Below, one piece after another: positions 37,750-50,589 of a stretch of 64,000 nucleotides of DNA (positions within the stretch are counted from its first letter, which is position 1; each line of letters starts with the position of its first letter). The stretch covers positions 6,386,001-6,450,000 of the forward strand of contig NC_083277.1 in assembly GCF_963506605.1 (NCBI RefSeq), written 5' to 3'. This DNA comes from Zootoca vivipara (taxonomy: Eukaryota). Under the pieces are notes generated by a model. It had not been told where the DNA came from, searched no databases, and saw only the letters and a program-made list of their open reading frames with translations. The position numbers and the translations under genes were made by a program.

Positions 37750-39032
37750 TAATTACGTTTGCATACAGCCCTTCATCTGTAGGTCTATAGGTCTCAGGGT
37801 GGTTCACAGCATATAAAGACAACATAAAAACACATACAGTATAGGCATCCCCTCACTTTCACGGGGGTCACGTTCTGGGCCCTCGTACCCATATGTGAAA
37901 ACCGTGATAAGAGGGGAACCTGTTTATTCCTTCTCTCCATCTCTCTCACCCACTTTGTCTCTCCTTGCCTTCCTACCATCTTGGAAGTTTAAGGCTTGCC
38001 GCCACGGAAGAGAAATCAGGTGGCAGGGTAATTTTACAAAGGATGGCTTATTCCATGCTTCTCTTTTGGATTTAATGCATACCATAAGACTAGTTCCCTG
38101 GGGGAAGGGAGGAATAACTCAAAAGGTTACCAGTTTGTGGCTGAGACAGTCATGATAGGCAAGTGTAGGGCTGCCATATTTTGAAGAGCAAGAAAGAGGA
38201 CACATTTGCCAACTACTTTTAACCATGGATCACTATGACAACTCATTTTAAATACCCCTACTATATGTAGGCTATAGAAGGTGTGATATATTGCTAGTAG
38301 CAATGCTCTTAACTTTCAACAACAAAATAATAATAATACATATTGCTCCCTCACTTGCCACATTAAAGTTTTTGGGCTCACGTTCACCTCTTTGTGAACA
38401 TAAGTGTGCACAGAACAATTTATTAAACTGTTTAACATCTGCATATGGACTCTCCTTAAGGGCAGGGGGATGTTAACTCTTGCCTTCCCAGACTCCTCCA
38501 ATATCTTGTAGCTGAGCCCGCGTCCTTTTAGTTCAGCCACAAGAGAAGGGATTTTGCTAGCTTAAGAATCTGTTGTGATTCTCTGCTGCAGACTAGCTAA
38601 GCAAGGTGGCTTAGATCGGAGTCTAATACACTAGAAAAAAATTAATGGGATCATGTAAACCAAAAAACCAAACAAAAAAACTTGGGACTATGCCAAATTT
38701 AAAAAATCCTCCCAGGCAGAAATTTTAATCATGAAAATAAAGGATGTGGCAGGGAAAAAGAAGACATATGGCAACCAGGCCTGAAAAAGGTCACATGGAA
38801 AAGCGACCCAACTTTCTCTAGGCAGGAATAAAACTCTTCCCTCCTCTGTCTGATCCTTCTGGGAAGTTTCACCCCCCCCCCTTCTGCACCTCCAAGTCCA
38901 CCCTCTCTGCATTTGTGGTACAAACAGCAGGGCTAGAGTCAAGCTGTGGGTGGTCTCAACTGTACAGAAGAGACTCTTGACCCACCATGAAACTCTAGTC
39001 CCCCCCCCCCTGTGAATTGGGGTGAAACTTAC

Positions 39033-39062
39033 CTCTCTGGAGATTTCTGAATGACTGGACAT
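39033..39062 (-). CDS. TRIM-B 30-nt mini-exon
   Basis: Intact splice sites; DVQSFRNLQR. Confidence 0.65.
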
Positions 39063-40211
39063 CTGAGGAAGCAAAAAGACAGGCTTAATGGTCTACACTG
39101 CAATAGCTCAAAGAAAATCTTTTTACAAAATATCACCATAACATAGAATCTGTTGTTTCCATATTTCAAACAAGATTAAATCATAGAACAAATAATTGCA
39201 AAGATGACAACCGTAGGCCTAAGGAATTGAAACAACTAACGTGTTTACCTGTGAATCCTGCATTGCAGAGGGTTGGACTAGATGATCCTTAGGATCCTTT
39301 CAAACTCTACTATTCCAGGATTCCATGGGGAAATCAGAAATGGTAAACCATACTAGAAAATGGAGGAATACAATCATTCAAAATTCAGAAATGAATTGTT
39401 GATCTGTACTGGAGGGCTTGAGGAAGGTTAACATCTGCCCCAAATAAACTGGTGGGAAAAAGCTGTTCAAACTGAAATTTCCAATCATGCTGACAAACCA
39501 AATTGCAGAGGAAGAATTGGCAGAGCTGGAATGGGGCTGATCTCATGAGAACTGTGGGAACTCTGAGGAGATTGGGATGGCTGAAGCATGAGAAATGGCT
39601 GGTGAGCTTGAAACTCTGAGGAAGAGGCGGCTCAAGCCTTGGCTGTGCTGCTGGGAGACCAGCCTGGGCAGGAGGTGGAGGAGGGACTGGGTGCCTGTGG
39701 GTGCCCTTTAAAACACACTTCAAGAGGGGGAAATCCAAGCAAATCCCGAGAAGCCTCAAAAGAACCTCTCCAGATTGTGTGGAGGGAAAACAAAATGCAA
39801 GGGAGGTTCCCTAGACATGAGAACTCGAGAAGAGGGACATTGGACTGATCCTGCAGGATTCTCCTTAAGGGCTTTTGTAAGATATTGCAAGGCTCTGACG
39901 CTTTTTCCTACAAACAAGCAGTATATAAATTTTATGAGGGGGAAACCAGGATAATAGTCTATGGGCAGGAATGGAACTCAGACTGGTGTGCAGGTTCTTC
40001 ACAGGGACGAACTCTGCCCCCACCCCAAGCCTTCAAACCCCCTCCCAGTTCATTCATGGGACATACAAAGAACCCAAACACCACTACAGGACTGTTACCC
40101 AGAGTGATGCCACTGATGGGGGTCCCAAACTCTGCAGCAGAGACGGTTCAAAACCCATGAAATATCAGCCCCCATCTCTCCTGTGAAATTGTTGCTCCCC
40201 TGGAAATTTAC

Positions 40212-40244
40212 CTTTCTGAATCTGTTTTCTGCATAAAAGAGCAT
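40212..40244 (-). CDS. TRIM-B 33-nt mini-exon
   Basis: Intact splice sites; DALLCRKQIQK. Confidence 0.72.
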
Positions 40245-41109
40245 CTGAGGAAGCAAAAAAGATATAAAGTGTAAGGGCAACACTCTTCCACCTGAAATAA
40301 ATCTCCATACAAAAGTAACACGTTGTGGCTCCCAAACGTCAAAAACCTAGAAGTAAATACTGCAAGAGCCGTGCCTCGGAAATTGACCGTTTTGTAAGTT
40401 GAATCTCCTTTTGGAGCCGATTATGTTCGACTTCTGAGGTTTGACTGTACAAGTATTAAATAGTACAGTGGAACTTCAGAAGCTGACCGCCTTTGAACTC
40501 GAATGTTTCAGCTTCCAAACAAAAGAAAAACCGAAGTGATTGTTTTTCAGAAGCCGAACCTCCAGCACAGCTTCTGCAGCTTCCGATTGGCTGCAGGAAG
40601 CTTCTTCAGCCAATCGGAAGCCATGCCTTGTTTCTTGAACCATTTTGGAGCCAAAAGGACTCATGGAACAGATTAAATACAAGAACCGAGGTACGACTGT
40701 AGAAAAAATGATAAAAAACAAGAAAATCATAGGAAGAATCAATGAAAATAACTAAAGCTTTAAAACTCAGCAATCATAAAGCAAGCATACAAATAGCACA
40801 ATAAAAATATTCAGTATGAATCCTGATGGTCTCTGAACTTTGCCACAGAAATTGGGCTCTACATTCTTGGACTGGAGGGAGGAAGAGCAATAGGAATCCT
40901 GTAAAAGTATAAAGAGGGGAGATGGAGGCAGCCGTAACATCTTCCCCAAGTAAAGTGGTGGGGTAAATTATTAAAACCAAAATTGTGAAACATGAGAAGT
41001 GAAGGTTGCTGTGGAAGGATTGGCAGAGCTCTCATGCAAAGGGAAGTCCTTCCTCAGCAACCTTTTAGAAATCTTTCAGATTTTTAACAAGCATAATTGT
41101 GCCCTATAG

Positions 41110-41247
41110 CAGTGGTTCTCAACCTGTGGGTCCCCAGATATTGTTGGACTACAATTTCCACAATCCCTGACTGCTGGTCCTTCCCACTAGGGATGATGGG
41201 AGTTGTAGTCCAACAACATCTGGGGACCCACAGGTTGAGAGCCACTG
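41110..41247. mobile_element. hAT MITE (CAGTGGTTCTCAACC TIR)
   Basis: TIRs; 8-bp TSD ccctatag. Confidence 0.9.
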
Positions 41248-41623
41248 CCCTATAGGATTCATGTCCTCTTGCTTCCATCCTCAATGTGGGAACTCTCAGG
41301 AAATTATTATGCTTGAAGCCCTAGATATGGCAGCTGCAGGGGAACGTCTGAGGAAGAGATGGCTCAGGCCTTGGCTCCACTGCTAAGAAACAAGCCTGAG
41401 CAGGAGGTAGAGGGGGAACTGGGGGCTTCTTAATGCCCTTTGACTCCATTCATAGCAAGAGAGGCTCCCAAAGGAAAATCCCAGATTGTGTAGACAGGAT
41501 ACCAAAAGGAAAAGGAGGTTCCGTAAAATTGTAAACAGATGCACATGGGAGGAAAATATCCCGACTTTGCTTGACACTCTGGTTCAGACTTTCTTTACAA
41601 GCTCCAGTGTCATTTTTCATTAC

Positions 41624-41742
41624 CTTTCCATTTTTCCATTGTATCCTCCACAAGGTGATTTACATCACAGGATTCCAAGATCCTGTTCCTCAGTTCTGGA
41701 GGGAAAGCCAGTGGCTTGTCTAGACTCTCCCTTTTCTCATAC
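41624..41742 (-). CDS. TRIM-B exon 5 (119 nt)
   Basis: Open, intact AG/GT. Confidence 0.78.
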
Positions 41743-42944
41743 CTGGTGAAAAGAGAAACAATGTCAGCCCATTCAAATCCACAATTCTTGGCACAGGAAA
41801 AGAATTTTTTTTGAAGAAAAGCCCTGTTTTCCTGGGATTCAAACAGCCTCCCTTAGTGCAAGAGTGGAAGGGCGCAGGGCTGGAAGGGACCCAAGGATCA
41901 ACCGCTATCTACCAAAACCTACCGGGGATCTACCAGTAGATCACAATCAACCTGTTGGACATCCCTGGCCTACAGGGACCGGCAGGCACCGAGTGGGGAG
42001 ATTAACCCTCACTATGGACTCCTCAACCAGACCCCCAAGGGCCAACACAGCAACCCCAAGCCTCTCCCCACTGTTGTCTATTAAAGAAGTAGCAGAATCA
42101 AATGGTATCAAAGGGCAGGAATTGTCTGAGGGTGAGGACAGCACAGCACACATTTTCTTTTTCTAAATGTCCCCAGAGAAGGTGTGAGGAAGATAAAGGG
42201 ATTCACTTTTCTTGGAAAACGTGAAATGTTCCTTAAAACCTCTACTCTGAACCTGAATGACACCTTAAATTTAAACACTGCAGCCGGAATATGGTCAGGA
42301 AAATAGCCAATTCCTTTGTGAGAAATCACCCCCTCCCAAGGGGCTCTATGGGGCAGGTGTTTGCTTGAGATAAGGTGGGGTGGCTGGCAGAGTGTTTGCT
42401 GTAAGAGTGACTAAACTGGTCAGTCAAGAAGGAAACAACTAAGGCAATAATTGCTCCAAAGAAAGTAACTTTGCCTTGTTGTGTGCCAGTAAAACTGCCT
42501 TCCCTTAGCGACACTTGAGTAAACTCAAAATATTTGTTTTTGGAGCTTGGGGATCTTGTCCTTTGATATATTAGATAACCTCAGCTCTATAATCAGATGT
42601 TTGCAGAAGATGAGACAGATCTTCCACAGGTACACAGCCAAATCAAATGACTAATCAAAAGGACATTCAGGCCAATACAAAACAAATTATAATCTGTATA
42701 ACTGTATAATTGTGTATGATTACAAAAGAAAAACCAAACCTCACCAAGGAAATGGCGCCAATTCATTGGGGAGAATTGGGGGGCTACAAATTCCAAAGAG
42801 GGGGTCCAGTTTTACCAGTGAGATGCTGCAGGGAGTGAGTCCTACAGTCTCTCGCCTGCAGCCCCTGTTTGAGGGCCATGTTTGAGGTTCTTGCATTCTG
42901 GCCTCATGGAGGGATGCTAATGGAAATGAGCCAGATCCACTTAC

Positions 42945-42967
42945 CTCTGCAAGGTGCTTCTCACATC
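42945..42967 (-). CDS. TRIM-B exon 4 (23 nt)
   Basis: Same sequence as TRIM-A exon 4. Confidence 0.8.
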
Positions 42968-43139
42968 CTAGAGGGAAAAAGAGAAGGGAATTCACTGCAC
43001 ACCACAGGCCACACTACGAAGACCCCCTCAGACCTTGGCCCTTGGATGTCAGTTTGCCTGGCACATGCCAAGGTTGTGGATAGGGATGGCTGAATCAGCC
43101 AGTTTTGGTTTCTCACAGTTTTTATTTTTCCACTCTGAG

Positions 43140-43627
43140 ATAGAATAATAGAATCATAGAGTTGGAAGAGACCACAAGGGCCATGCAGTCCAACCCCCTG
43201 CCAAGCAGGAAACACCATCAAAGCATTCTTGACATATGCCTGTCAAGCCTCTGCTTAAAGACCTCCAAAGAAGGAGACTCCACCACACTCCTTGGTAGCA
43301 AATTCCACTGCCGAACAGCTCTTACTGTCAGGAAGTTCTGTTTAGGAACTTTAGGAAGTTCTGTTTAGTTCTCTTACTGTTTAGGTGGAATCTTCTTTCT
43401 TGAAGTTTGAATCCATTGCTCCGTGTCCGCTTCTCTGGAGCAGCAAAAAACAATCTTTCTCCCTCCTCCATATGACATCCCTTCATATATTTGAACATGG
43501 CTATCATATCACCCCTCAACCTTCTCTTCTCCAGGCTAAACATACCCAGCTCCCTAAGCCGTTCCTCATGAGGCATTGTTTCCAAGCCTTTCACCATTTT
43601 GGTTGCCCTCTTCTGTACACGTTCCAG
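43140..43627 (-). mobile_element. CR1 LINE 3' fragment
   Basis: [22 protein letters not shown]; (ATTCTATG)-like tail. Confidence 0.9.
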
Positions 43628-44607
43628 ATAATTTTTCCAATATCAAGTTCTCCACATTTCCACATAGGTTTGCAATTATTTTTAAAAAATCCTTATGAAA
43701 ATCCACCGGCATTTTAGGGAAATTTCACATTTGTGGGTTCAAGAGAAGATTCCAACACATCTCATGTCTTAGATTATAATTTATTAATTTTACCCCCGTT
43801 GGCATTGTGCAATTAAGACATAAGTAAGCCTACAGGATAATCCTACTAGGGCACTGTCCCAAATTGTCTTCCACAGAAGTCCCCAAATTTCAAATGCTAC
43901 TTTCCAACTGAAAATAAAAAAGCACCTGCAGCATAAAATGCCTCCAAAGGGGTAATAAAACAGCTCAGTGTTTCTCTGGGCTCATCCACACTTCTGCTTT
44001 TCCTGTGCCCAGAAAACATGGGTCCAAGTGGTTTAGCCTTTGCCCTGCCACTTTCCCTCAGGAAAAACCTGCTCCTTAGTGCAACATCAAAGCAATCTGG
44101 AGAAAACCTGGCTGACGTTTGCTCTCAATCAGGAGTAAACAGTGGGTTTTCCTGGAGGAAAGGGGTGGGAGAAGCAGCAGTCTGGATGAGTCCCTCTGTC
44201 TTGCTCTTTTGTCACTGTGACTGAGGACCATTTTGGACCGATATGTATCCACGGGGAAAGTGATCGACCCAGAAGTCGTGGAGGGAACGGGAAGAGAAGC
44301 TTGGTCAAGAGACTGGCTCATGTCGGAAGGAGGCCTGAATGCATCCTCGGTGAAGCCCCTCACAGGACAGGAAGGCAGCATTGCCCAGTGGGAAGGCATT
44401 CAGAGACAAATCATCAGCAAAGAGCAGAAGATCACCTTCCGTTCCATCAAGAACACCCAGGTCTCTTGGGTGTTCCTGTCCATTACAATCCTGACTAGTG
44501 GCTCCATCAACTGAGCCCCTGAACTCCTTGCATACATGAAAGGGGCACAGAAAGAATGGGAGGCAGCCTTTTCCTGGAGCCTTGGGCTGTTCCTGCCACA
44601 GTCTTAC

Positions 44608-44838
44608 CTGCAGGAGTTCACTCGCTGGCTGCTGATGCTTCTCCTCCATCTCCTGGATGATCCTCTTAAGGGAGGAGAGTTTCCTGGAGAGTCTGGCCAG
44701 CTGCTCATCCCTTCTCCCTACAATCTCCTTCTCTACCTCTTCCATATGATTCAGGAGACGTTTCTCTTGTTCTTCCAGGAACTGGCGCAGTTCTCTGAAC
44801 TTCTCTACAGTCTTCAGCCTCTCCGTTTCTGTTAATTT
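44608..44838 (-). CDS. TRIM-B exon 3, coiled coil (231 nt)
   Basis: Open, intact AG/GT. Confidence 0.85.
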
Positions 44839-45327
44839 CTGCAAGAAAAGAGGAGGTCTGAGTGTGGACAATGGTCAGCCTTCAAAACAGCAGGACGAAA
44901 ATTATAAGAATTCCACAGGGAGGGCACTTCTGATTTTTCAGAGACATCAAACCTCCAGTGGCTAAGGAAGAAAATATTTATTTTGAGGAGAGGCCCTCCC
45001 CATTGCTATTTCTGTTGACTTCTATTTTGCAGAGGGCTACTGCCTAAAGCAAGGAGCATTTTCCTAGCCATGGATGTTCCCTGCATGTTTTGGGGCATAG
45101 CATAACCTGAGTTCTAAGTTGTTCAGAGAACATCCATGGACATAAAACACCCCTCAGTTTAGACTGGGGCCATTTAGGTGTAGGAAGGCAACAGAAACAG
45201 AGGAAGAGGGGGAGGACAAAGTGCAGAGTTCATCCCCATAGCTCCCCTGTTTTCTTTAAAGGTTCAAAATGGCCTGAGTTTCCTAAAAAATGAACAAGAT
45301 TGCCCCATCACTTCTTAGTCCTGACTC

Positions 45328-45379
<52 letters not shown>

Positions 45380-45453
45380 TGAAATTATATACTGCCCTAT
45401 ACCTGGAGGTCTCAAGTGCTTGTTCCCTGTCTAGTAACAATAGAGACCCTTAC

Positions 45454-45549
45454 AAGGAGGTCTTTGCTTTCCTTGTCCAGATCTGCTTGAAAGGCGAGAA
45501 TTTCCTCTCTCTCTTTCCTCAGAATCGCCAGGCGGCAGCAGATCTCTCC
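45454..45549 (-). CDS. TRIM-B exon 2 (96 nt); no RING/B-box exon upstream, so the gene may be truncated or a pseudogene
   Basis: Open GEICCRLAILRKERE...; upstream sequence jumps from TRIM-A-equivalent 27392 to 32736. Confidence 0.8.
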
Positions 45550-46631
45550 CTAAAGAGAAAAGAAAAAACTCAGCTTGGATTGAGACACACAGAGAGATGA
45601 AAATCATACTGGCTTCCTGGGTCCAGTGGCCTTGCTATAATAGCAAAGTAGTTTACTGGAGGAAATAAAAGTCCAGATGTTTTCAACCTTTTTGGGTCCA
45701 CGGCTCCCTCAACAAACTCCCCTTGCTTGCAGAGCTGGCAGCCCCTCACCCTTTCTCAAACCCCCTCCCTTGCAGAGTGCTCTCTCAGCCTCCTCTCCTC
45801 TCCCCCCTCCTTGGGAGTCCCAGCCTGACTTGAGGTCCCAGGGAGAAGTGGGAAGAGGAGGAAGGGCTAGGCATGATCCAACCTGGGATGTATCGGTCCA
45901 GCATCAAAGAGATAGTGAGGTGAGGATTGATCAGCCCCTCAGCTGACATTGCTCTCCTTTCTGATGCCATCTTCAATACCATGCCTAGAAAAACGAGGAG
46001 AAATAATCATGTGCATGTTCACGGCCACCGACTTGGCCAGCTTTCAAAGAGGATCAGGCAAATTCATGGAGGACTGTGTTTTTCATACAGGTGTCATGGG
46101 CTTTGAAGATGCTTGAACTCAGGATGAAAGGCATGCTTGGCAAATGCACACTGTGATCAACTCCTGCCCGGAAACCTATGTCTCCACTGTGGAAGGATGT
46201 GTGGATCCAGAATTGGCCTCCACAGTCACTTACGGACTCACTGTTAAAACCGTGTTTATGGAAGACAATCTTACTCAGCTACAAGTGATCGCAAAAGAAT
46301 AAGAATCCATTTAGACCAGGGGCCAGCAAACTTTTTCAGCAGGGGGCCGATCCACTGTCCCTCAGACCTTGTTGGGGTCCAGGCCATACTATATTTTTTT
46401 GGGGGGGATGAATGAATTCCTATGCCCCACAAATAACCCAGAGATGTATTTTAAATAAAAGCACACTGATTCCCGTTTGTAGGCTGGATTTAGAAGGCGA
46501 GCTGTCTATGCAGGCCATAACGTGCTTCTTTGTAATAAGAGGTAACCAACATATCACTTCTGCCCTCAAGGTTTTTAATGCTAAAGTCAGAGCCCAACTG
46601 CTCTATGGAATTCCAATTTGGATGACAGGGT

Positions 46632-46906
46632 TTAGCGAAGTTCTGTCAGACTCCTTCCCTTCCCCAGGGTTACAACGGTTTTGCACAAAGATACGACAAC
46701 TTGGGCACTCAGAGGATGAAGAATTTCACCCGCTGTCTCTGTGGTGTGATCTTCCCGTTTCCATTCACCGTCTTGGCTTCTCAAGGCATTTTTCTGCGTA
46801 TAACCCTGGAAAACATCATTTCTCATCTCTCTCTTTCCCACTTGTTCTGAGTCTTCTGGAACATATTTCCCCTCAACTCGGCTACGATCAGCCACCTTTT
46901 CTTTAC
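46632..46906 (-). pseudogene. Orphan 5' part of a ZNF-type terminal exon, without fingers
   Basis: cctacag| acceptor, phase-1 frame GKEKVADRSRVEGKYVPEDSEQVGKRE... resembling pre-finger linkers; abuts a LINE RT fragment. Confidence 0.4.
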
Positions 46907-46966
46907 CTGTAGGTTGAAATTAGAGAATCCCAAACTCAACTCATTCCCCGATAGGATGGAACTTGA

Positions 46967-47011
<45 letters not shown>

Positions 47012-48011
47012 TATACCCCGCCCATCTGGCTTCCCCAGCCACTCTGGGCGGCTTCCAACAGAAAAATAAAACACAGTAATCTATTAAACATTAAAAGCCT
47101 CCCTGAACAGGGCTGCCTTCAGATGTCTTCTAAAAGACTGGTAGTTGTTTTCCTCTTTGACATCTGTTCGGAGGGCGTTCCACAGGGCAGGCGCCTACAT
47201 ATGAGTGCTTTAAACATAATGGTAGGGATGTGGGGTTAGCCTGAACTTAGCATAACATTGTGGATCTTGGAGGGACCTTGGGGTCATCTAGACTGACCCG
47301 CTATTCAAGGTAGGATCTGCAGTGCCAGGTGCCACCGAAGCATCCCTGGCGGACGGCTGTCCACTCTCTTCTTTAAGACCCCCAGCGACATTCCCACCTC
47401 CTCCACGAGTCGGTTCGATCCTCTTTTTAAAGCCATCCTTGTTGGGGGACTACAATTGCCTCCTGTGGAGGGGAGTTCCAGAGGTTAAAGATGCGCTGCT
47501 GTGAGAAGGTCTCTTTGGTCTCCGATGCTCTGGGAGGGATGCTCAAGCTGGCAGACCCCCTTCGTTTTAGGAGCGTCTCTGCCCCATGCCGTCCCCCTGC
47601 CCTACCACCCCTCCCCAGTACCCCATAGAAAAGCACTGTCCGCGTACCCTTTGACCCAACTTGCTCAAAGAGTTTGCTTCTTATGGAAGGGGGAAATCAG
47701 CAGCACAGAGACCCCTGGCCGCTACCCAGAGGAGGGAGAGCGATTGCAAAAGAGGTTCTTTTTTTCCTCCTGCCTCTCCACCACCATGCCCCAGTCTAGG
47801 ACACTGCGCTCCTCCCTCCTCCTCCTCCTCCTCCTCCTTTTCTTCTTTCCTCCTCCTTTTCTGCCAGCTGCAATAGAAATTCAAAACCAAGGCCCACCCC
47901 CTAACCAGGGAGGAAAAACCCTTCCTGGCTTTCACACGCCTGCCTCCCTTTGTGCAACTCTAGCCATTGCAGCTCTGTGGGTTTAACTCTTCAGCTGCAC
48001 AAATCCATGCA

Positions 48012-48141
48012 GAATAGCAGAGTTGGAAGGGACCTAAGGGTCATCTAGTCCAACCCCCTCAATGCAGGAATTTTTCACCCAACATGGGGCTGGAACCCAT
48101 ATCCCTGAGATTAAGAGTCTCATGCTCTGCCATCTGAGCTA
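48012..48141 (-). mobile_element. tRNA-Lys(CTT)-derived SINE
   Basis: tagctcagatggcagagcatgagactcttaatctcaggg head followed by a CR1-like tail. Confidence 0.75.
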
Positions 48142-48419
48142 TCTTAGGTGCAACCTTATTAGAAACGGTGCATTATTATTATTATTATTATTTAATCGTA
48201 TTGGCCCAAATATAAGCTGCACTTTCCCCCCCAAATTCTGACCATGAAAAAATAAAGTGCAGCTTAAATTTGCGACCTTACAAAAATGGGCTTTTACGAT
48301 ATTGCTGCTGAAACAGACATACGGTAAAGGGAACAAAAAAAAATGTTTTATTGCTAGTTTGCGAGCTTAAGACTTCATTTGCCATTTACGGGTGTGAGTG
48401 CCTGCGGAATTGTAGCAAT

Positions 48420-48458
<39 letters not shown>

Positions 48459-49267
48459 TATTTATACCCCGCCCATCTGGCTGGGCTTCCCCTGCCACTC
48501 TGGGCAGCTTCCAACAAACATTAAAATACATCAAGTAGCAATTTGCGATTTTAGCGATTGTATGGTAACTTTTGTGGGCTTGCAAGATCAAAGGCTTCAA
48601 TTGGCTTGGAGTTACAATTCTACCAAGGGCAACGATTTTCAGCCTGTAACCCGATTTTAAGGGAGCGGCTTTCCACAGGGAGGGCGCCACTACCGAGAAG
48701 GCCCTCTGCCTCGTTTTTTAAATTTATTTTTCAAAATTTGAAATTGGCTATCTTGCCTCTTCTTGGTCTCCTCTTTTCCAGGCTAAACTTACCCAGATCT
48801 TTCAACCGTTCCTCATAAGGTTTAGATTCCAGACCTTTGATCATCTTGGTTGTCATCCCTCAAGGGTTAAAATAAAATTAGGATAGAGTACTTGTGGATC
48901 CCCCCCCCACTTCTTTTTCGTCTTCTCTTCTTTTCCTTATTCTTCCTTCTTTCCTAGTTCTTTTGAATAGTTTGACTTTCATCGTTTTATGCTGAAACCA
49001 CTTAATAGAAACTGGTATGAAAAAACGAAGATTCAAGTTCATCCTGGAGGTGGCTGGACAGGGGAGGAAGGTTAATTGTGTTGGTTCAGGAATTATTATT
49101 ATTAATAATAATATTAATTATTTATATCCAGCCCATCTGGCTAGGTTTCACATCTGAACAAAAGATGTTAGGAATCAAGTGGGAAATGCAGCCTATAGAG
49201 TGTTTCCAAATGGGGATTTTAGGGTGGGGGGCAGACAGTGGGAGGGTGGATATCGGGATATTCAAAT

Positions 49268-49711
49268 CATAGCTGCCAAGTACCCGGATTTCCCGGGAAA
49301 CCCCCGTCTTTCCTTACCATTTCCCGGAGGTCTCCCGTTCCAGCTCCTCTCCCGTTAATTTCCCTTATTTTGGTTCCTGTCGGTGGCCATTTTTCTGGTG
49401 CCACTTTGCCCATCTATGGGCACCAGAAAATGGCTGGCGCCGGAAGTTGCGTCTACACATGTCCGGAAGTGCGTAGACGCAACTTCCGGTGTCGCTTTGC
49501 CCATCTATGGGCACCGAAAATGTCCGGTGGCGACACCGGAAGTTGCATCTACGCACTTCCGGACATGCGTAGACGCGACTTCCGGCGCCAACGCCGACCA
49601 TTTTCGGTGCCCATAGATGGGCAAAGTGACACCGGAAGTTGCGTCTACGCAACTTCCAGTGTTGCGCGGCTGCCTATCCCAGATTTCTCTGCGGGGTACT
49701 TGGCAGCTATG
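49268..49711. mobile_element. 444-bp hAT MITE, same TIR as 4803-4892, with internal CCGGAAGT palindromes
   Basis: TIR catagctgccaagtaccc / gggtacttggcagctatg; 8-bp TSD attcaaat. Confidence 0.92.
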
Positions 49712-50589
49712 ATTCAAATATTGCAGATTTTGTAGCTTGGTGGCAGAACATCTGCCTCACAAGGTCTCGGGTTCAATCCCCATTTAAAAAGACCAGGGAG
49801 CAAGAGGAGGGGAAAGACCTTTTTCTGTACGAGATCCAGAAGATTTCCTGACACTAAGCACTGCTGGGCTAGACAGCCGGATAATTTGACCTGGCATAAG
49901 GCAGCTTCCAACAGAGAGAGAAATTGTAACAGGACTAAGTGCGGAATTATTCATATTTCTGCTAACAACACTGCTCTGCCCATGCCTTCCCAACCCTCTC
50001 AAACGGATATCGTAGAGTTGGGAAGAGGCTCAGAAAACACCCGCCAAAGTCGGAGCGTCTCCCCCGTGTGGGGAAGTTTCAACATTTGGGGATTTTTTTG
50101 GTTTAGAGGGAAATGCGAGAAAGAGGCAACGAGACAGAACTTTATAAAATTATGCACAGTCCGTCTTATGGGCTGCTTGTTACATTTATTTTATTTTGAG
50201 GAGAGAGAACCTATGCGCGGCACAGAGAAAGAAATGCAAGCCATGGGGAACACTGATAAGGTGCTTCTCGCGCTCCCATAACACCAGACATCCAATGAAG
50301 CCGAACGCTGGACAAAAGAAAATTATTTCACATTTAAACTGTGGAACTCACTGCCACAGGAAGCACCAACGGCCACTGATTAAAAAAAAGACAAATTCAT
50401 TGAGGAGAGGGCTACTGAGTGATGATGATGATGATGATGATGATCATTTTTTTTATTTGTACCCCACCCATCTGTCTGAAGGCAGTAAGTATCCCAAATC
50501 CCTTTGAAACATGATTTGCAGACAGCAAAAAGCAAGGAACAAACACTGTTTATATACATTAACTTAGGAGGGAAAAAAAACCCATGAAA

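Larger units (their letters stand above)
18330..46216. repeat. Tandem segmental duplication: unit A about 18330-33300, unit B about 33310-46216
   Basis: Collinear near-identical exons and introns (e.g. 19110-27392 vs 33620-45921); junction falls in a (TAA)n tract that truncates an RTE fragment. Confidence 0.92.

Noticed and set aside
49380-49660. CRISPR-like palindromic repeat array
   Set aside because: Eukaryotic context, no unique spacers, bounded by hAT TIRs and TSD.
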